NCBI GenBank assembly: GCA_020137815.1
Contig: CM035357.1
Coordinates: 5,270,001-5,334,000 of the forward strand
Length of the DNA: 64,000 nt
Reading direction: 5' to 3'
From: Hormiphora californensis
Taxonomy: Eukaryota > Animalia > Ctenophora
Positions 62,291 to 64,000 of this stretch are shown in pieces (position 1 is the stretch's first letter; every line of letters begins with the position of its first letter). The notes beneath the pieces are model-generated. The model saw only the letters and a list, made by a program, of their open reading frames with translations. It was not told where the DNA came from and did no database searches. Position numbers and translations under genes: made by a program.

Positions 62291-63515
62291 GAGCACAGTA
62301 AATCCAATATGAAAAAATTGTAAGTTAATTTATGTAAAATGGGAAAATCCCAGTCTCTCCGTACAATTATCACTACTGTAACTAACCGTAACGAATGGAG
62401 ACAGCTCACGTTGCTAAGAGCGAGGACACCGGAAGCCGGGCACTCAAGTTTTTTTCTTCTGTTGAGCGTCGTTTACTTTTACTTGTTTACCAGGCCCCGA
62501 ATGTACCCAACGATTTGTGTAGCTCACACTCTGCGAGGGCTCGGTAGATCGAACAACCCACGATAGTTGACATGATATCAGGCAATTATCCCGGAGTTAC
62601 TGTCCAGGTATATATCGACCACTATTATAATAACACAGTCAGAAAACACAAAGATATAATTAGTAGGTTGGAATATTAATTAGAAGGATAAACACAATTA
62701 CATTAACAAACATGTAACACGCTTCAGATATTCACCAATGAACTGGATAGTTTGAAAACAAAGACAGCATTTTGAAAACATTATGGCTGTTATAGGGCCC
62801 TGTTATAACAATGATATCTTGTTCAATCGTAGATCCTTTATTCAATCTGCCAACGCATGTCTTAGGCAAATTAAAATGTATAGTATTCAAATCGTTTCCT
62901 AATATAACTTTTCAAATAACGGATTTGGTAACATACACCGCTTAAATTATGTACCTATTTTCTAGTCAACTACTGCAATACAACAGAACGTGCACAGTAC
63001 AAATATCCAGTGTCCACATATTAATTATCTACTAATTTACTATATGTAGTACTCCCACGCAGTTGCTTGCCCCACATCTACAGCTCACACTTGAGTGGGT
63101 CCCTGTGACACCACCCTGTCAATCTGATAGTTAAATGTGAGCTCCGTCCCCGCCTGATATTGGGAGAAAACCCGGTGAGAGAGGGTGGGGGTGTTGGGCA
63201 AGAGGTATTGGTCATAACTCATAGAACTTAGGGAAATTAAATTTGGAAACTGGATTTTAGAGTAGTGGTCGGGTACGGGGTCGAGATTTCTTTGGGGAGT
63301 GGGAGGGAAGGCAGAAATTAGAAATTGTGCTAAAAGGTGGATCCGGATAAAAATGAGATATTATCACGTACCGGTATGTGTTTGATGGCAAAGAGACATA
63401 TCTGTGGAAGGCGGATATCAAGATTGGAAATCCAACAGGAGTAGACTGCCAGATTGGGATCACACTGAAATGGAGATGAGTTAGGGGATAAGTAGTTCGA
63501 CCCTCGCCCCAAATA
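62291..63515 (-). repeat. Inverted duplicate of 59768-61011 (SUV39H last two exons, 3'UTR and downstream), truncated by N gap
   Basis: Direct reverse-complement match. The minus-strand ORF again reads [31 protein letters not shown]. Scattered substitutions and small indels differ from the left copy. Confidence 0.92.
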
Positions 63516-63615
63516 NNNNNNNNNNNNNNNNNNNNNNNNNNNNNNNNNNNNNNNNNNNNNNNNNNNNNNNNNNNNNNNNNNNNNNNNNNNNNNNNNNNNN
63601 NNNNNNNNNNNNNNN
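63516..63615. other. Assembly gap
   Basis: Run of 100 N. Confidence 1.
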
Positions 63616-64000
63616 TTTGGGAAAGAAGGGCCATAGCAGGGAGACCCGCTATACATGTAAACACAGGTTTATTGGCTATAAATTACCAACAAACCAGGGT
63701 TTGTATGAAACGGGTCACTAGCTATAGGGTGATACGTTACACTATAATACACTGCCTGATCTACGAAGCAGGTCTGGTGGTATATGGTATAAAACCCGAC
63801 CATATTAGGGAGGGTTTTATTGATTATAGGCCAACATAAATTTGTAACTTATATCTGAGTTATTTAGACTATCAATAGACGGTGGTGGGTATTACATGTT
63901 TACACATCCTCTTCTCTTGCAAAAAAACACAGTTAAAACTTATTATTATATTTGCTCCAAAGTACTTTTTTTTAAATATAAGACGTCAACAAAATAAAAA

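Overview
Eukaryotic (animal) genomic DNA with GT-AG introns, abundant (CT)n microsatellites and many palindromic non-autonomous DNA transposons. The repeat landscape looks to me like a ctenophore assembly, but this is tentative and not established from the sequence. Genes reconstructed by hand: (1) the 3' ~35 kb of a WNK kinase gene (+, 6445-41122, about 25 exons; 5' kinase exons lie upstream of the window); (2) the first two coding exons of a Crk/CrkL-type SH2 adaptor (-), whose intron holds a 5'-truncated RTE LINE and two nested MITEs; (3) an EXOC5/Sec10 gene (-, 8 exons, with four 1-nt indels that are probably consensus errors); (4) a complete 12-exon SUV39H/Su(var)3-9 H3K9 methyltransferase gene (+), head-to-head with EXOC5. 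The 3' end of SUV39H is repeated as a ~1.2 kb inverted copy running into an N gap. Several stretches (850-5430, 35400-36190, 42880-43300) are homopolymer-garbled low-quality consensus, and the first hides a second RTE element. The most interesting observations are an H3K9-mimic peptide (QLTARKMS) just upstream of the SUV39H chromodomain, minisatellites built from splice junctions in three different genes, two RTE LINEs both sitting in (CT)n tracts, ~1-1.5 kb near-perfect fold-back transposons close to splice donors, and a candidate kinase-less WNK isoform with SP-heptad repeats.
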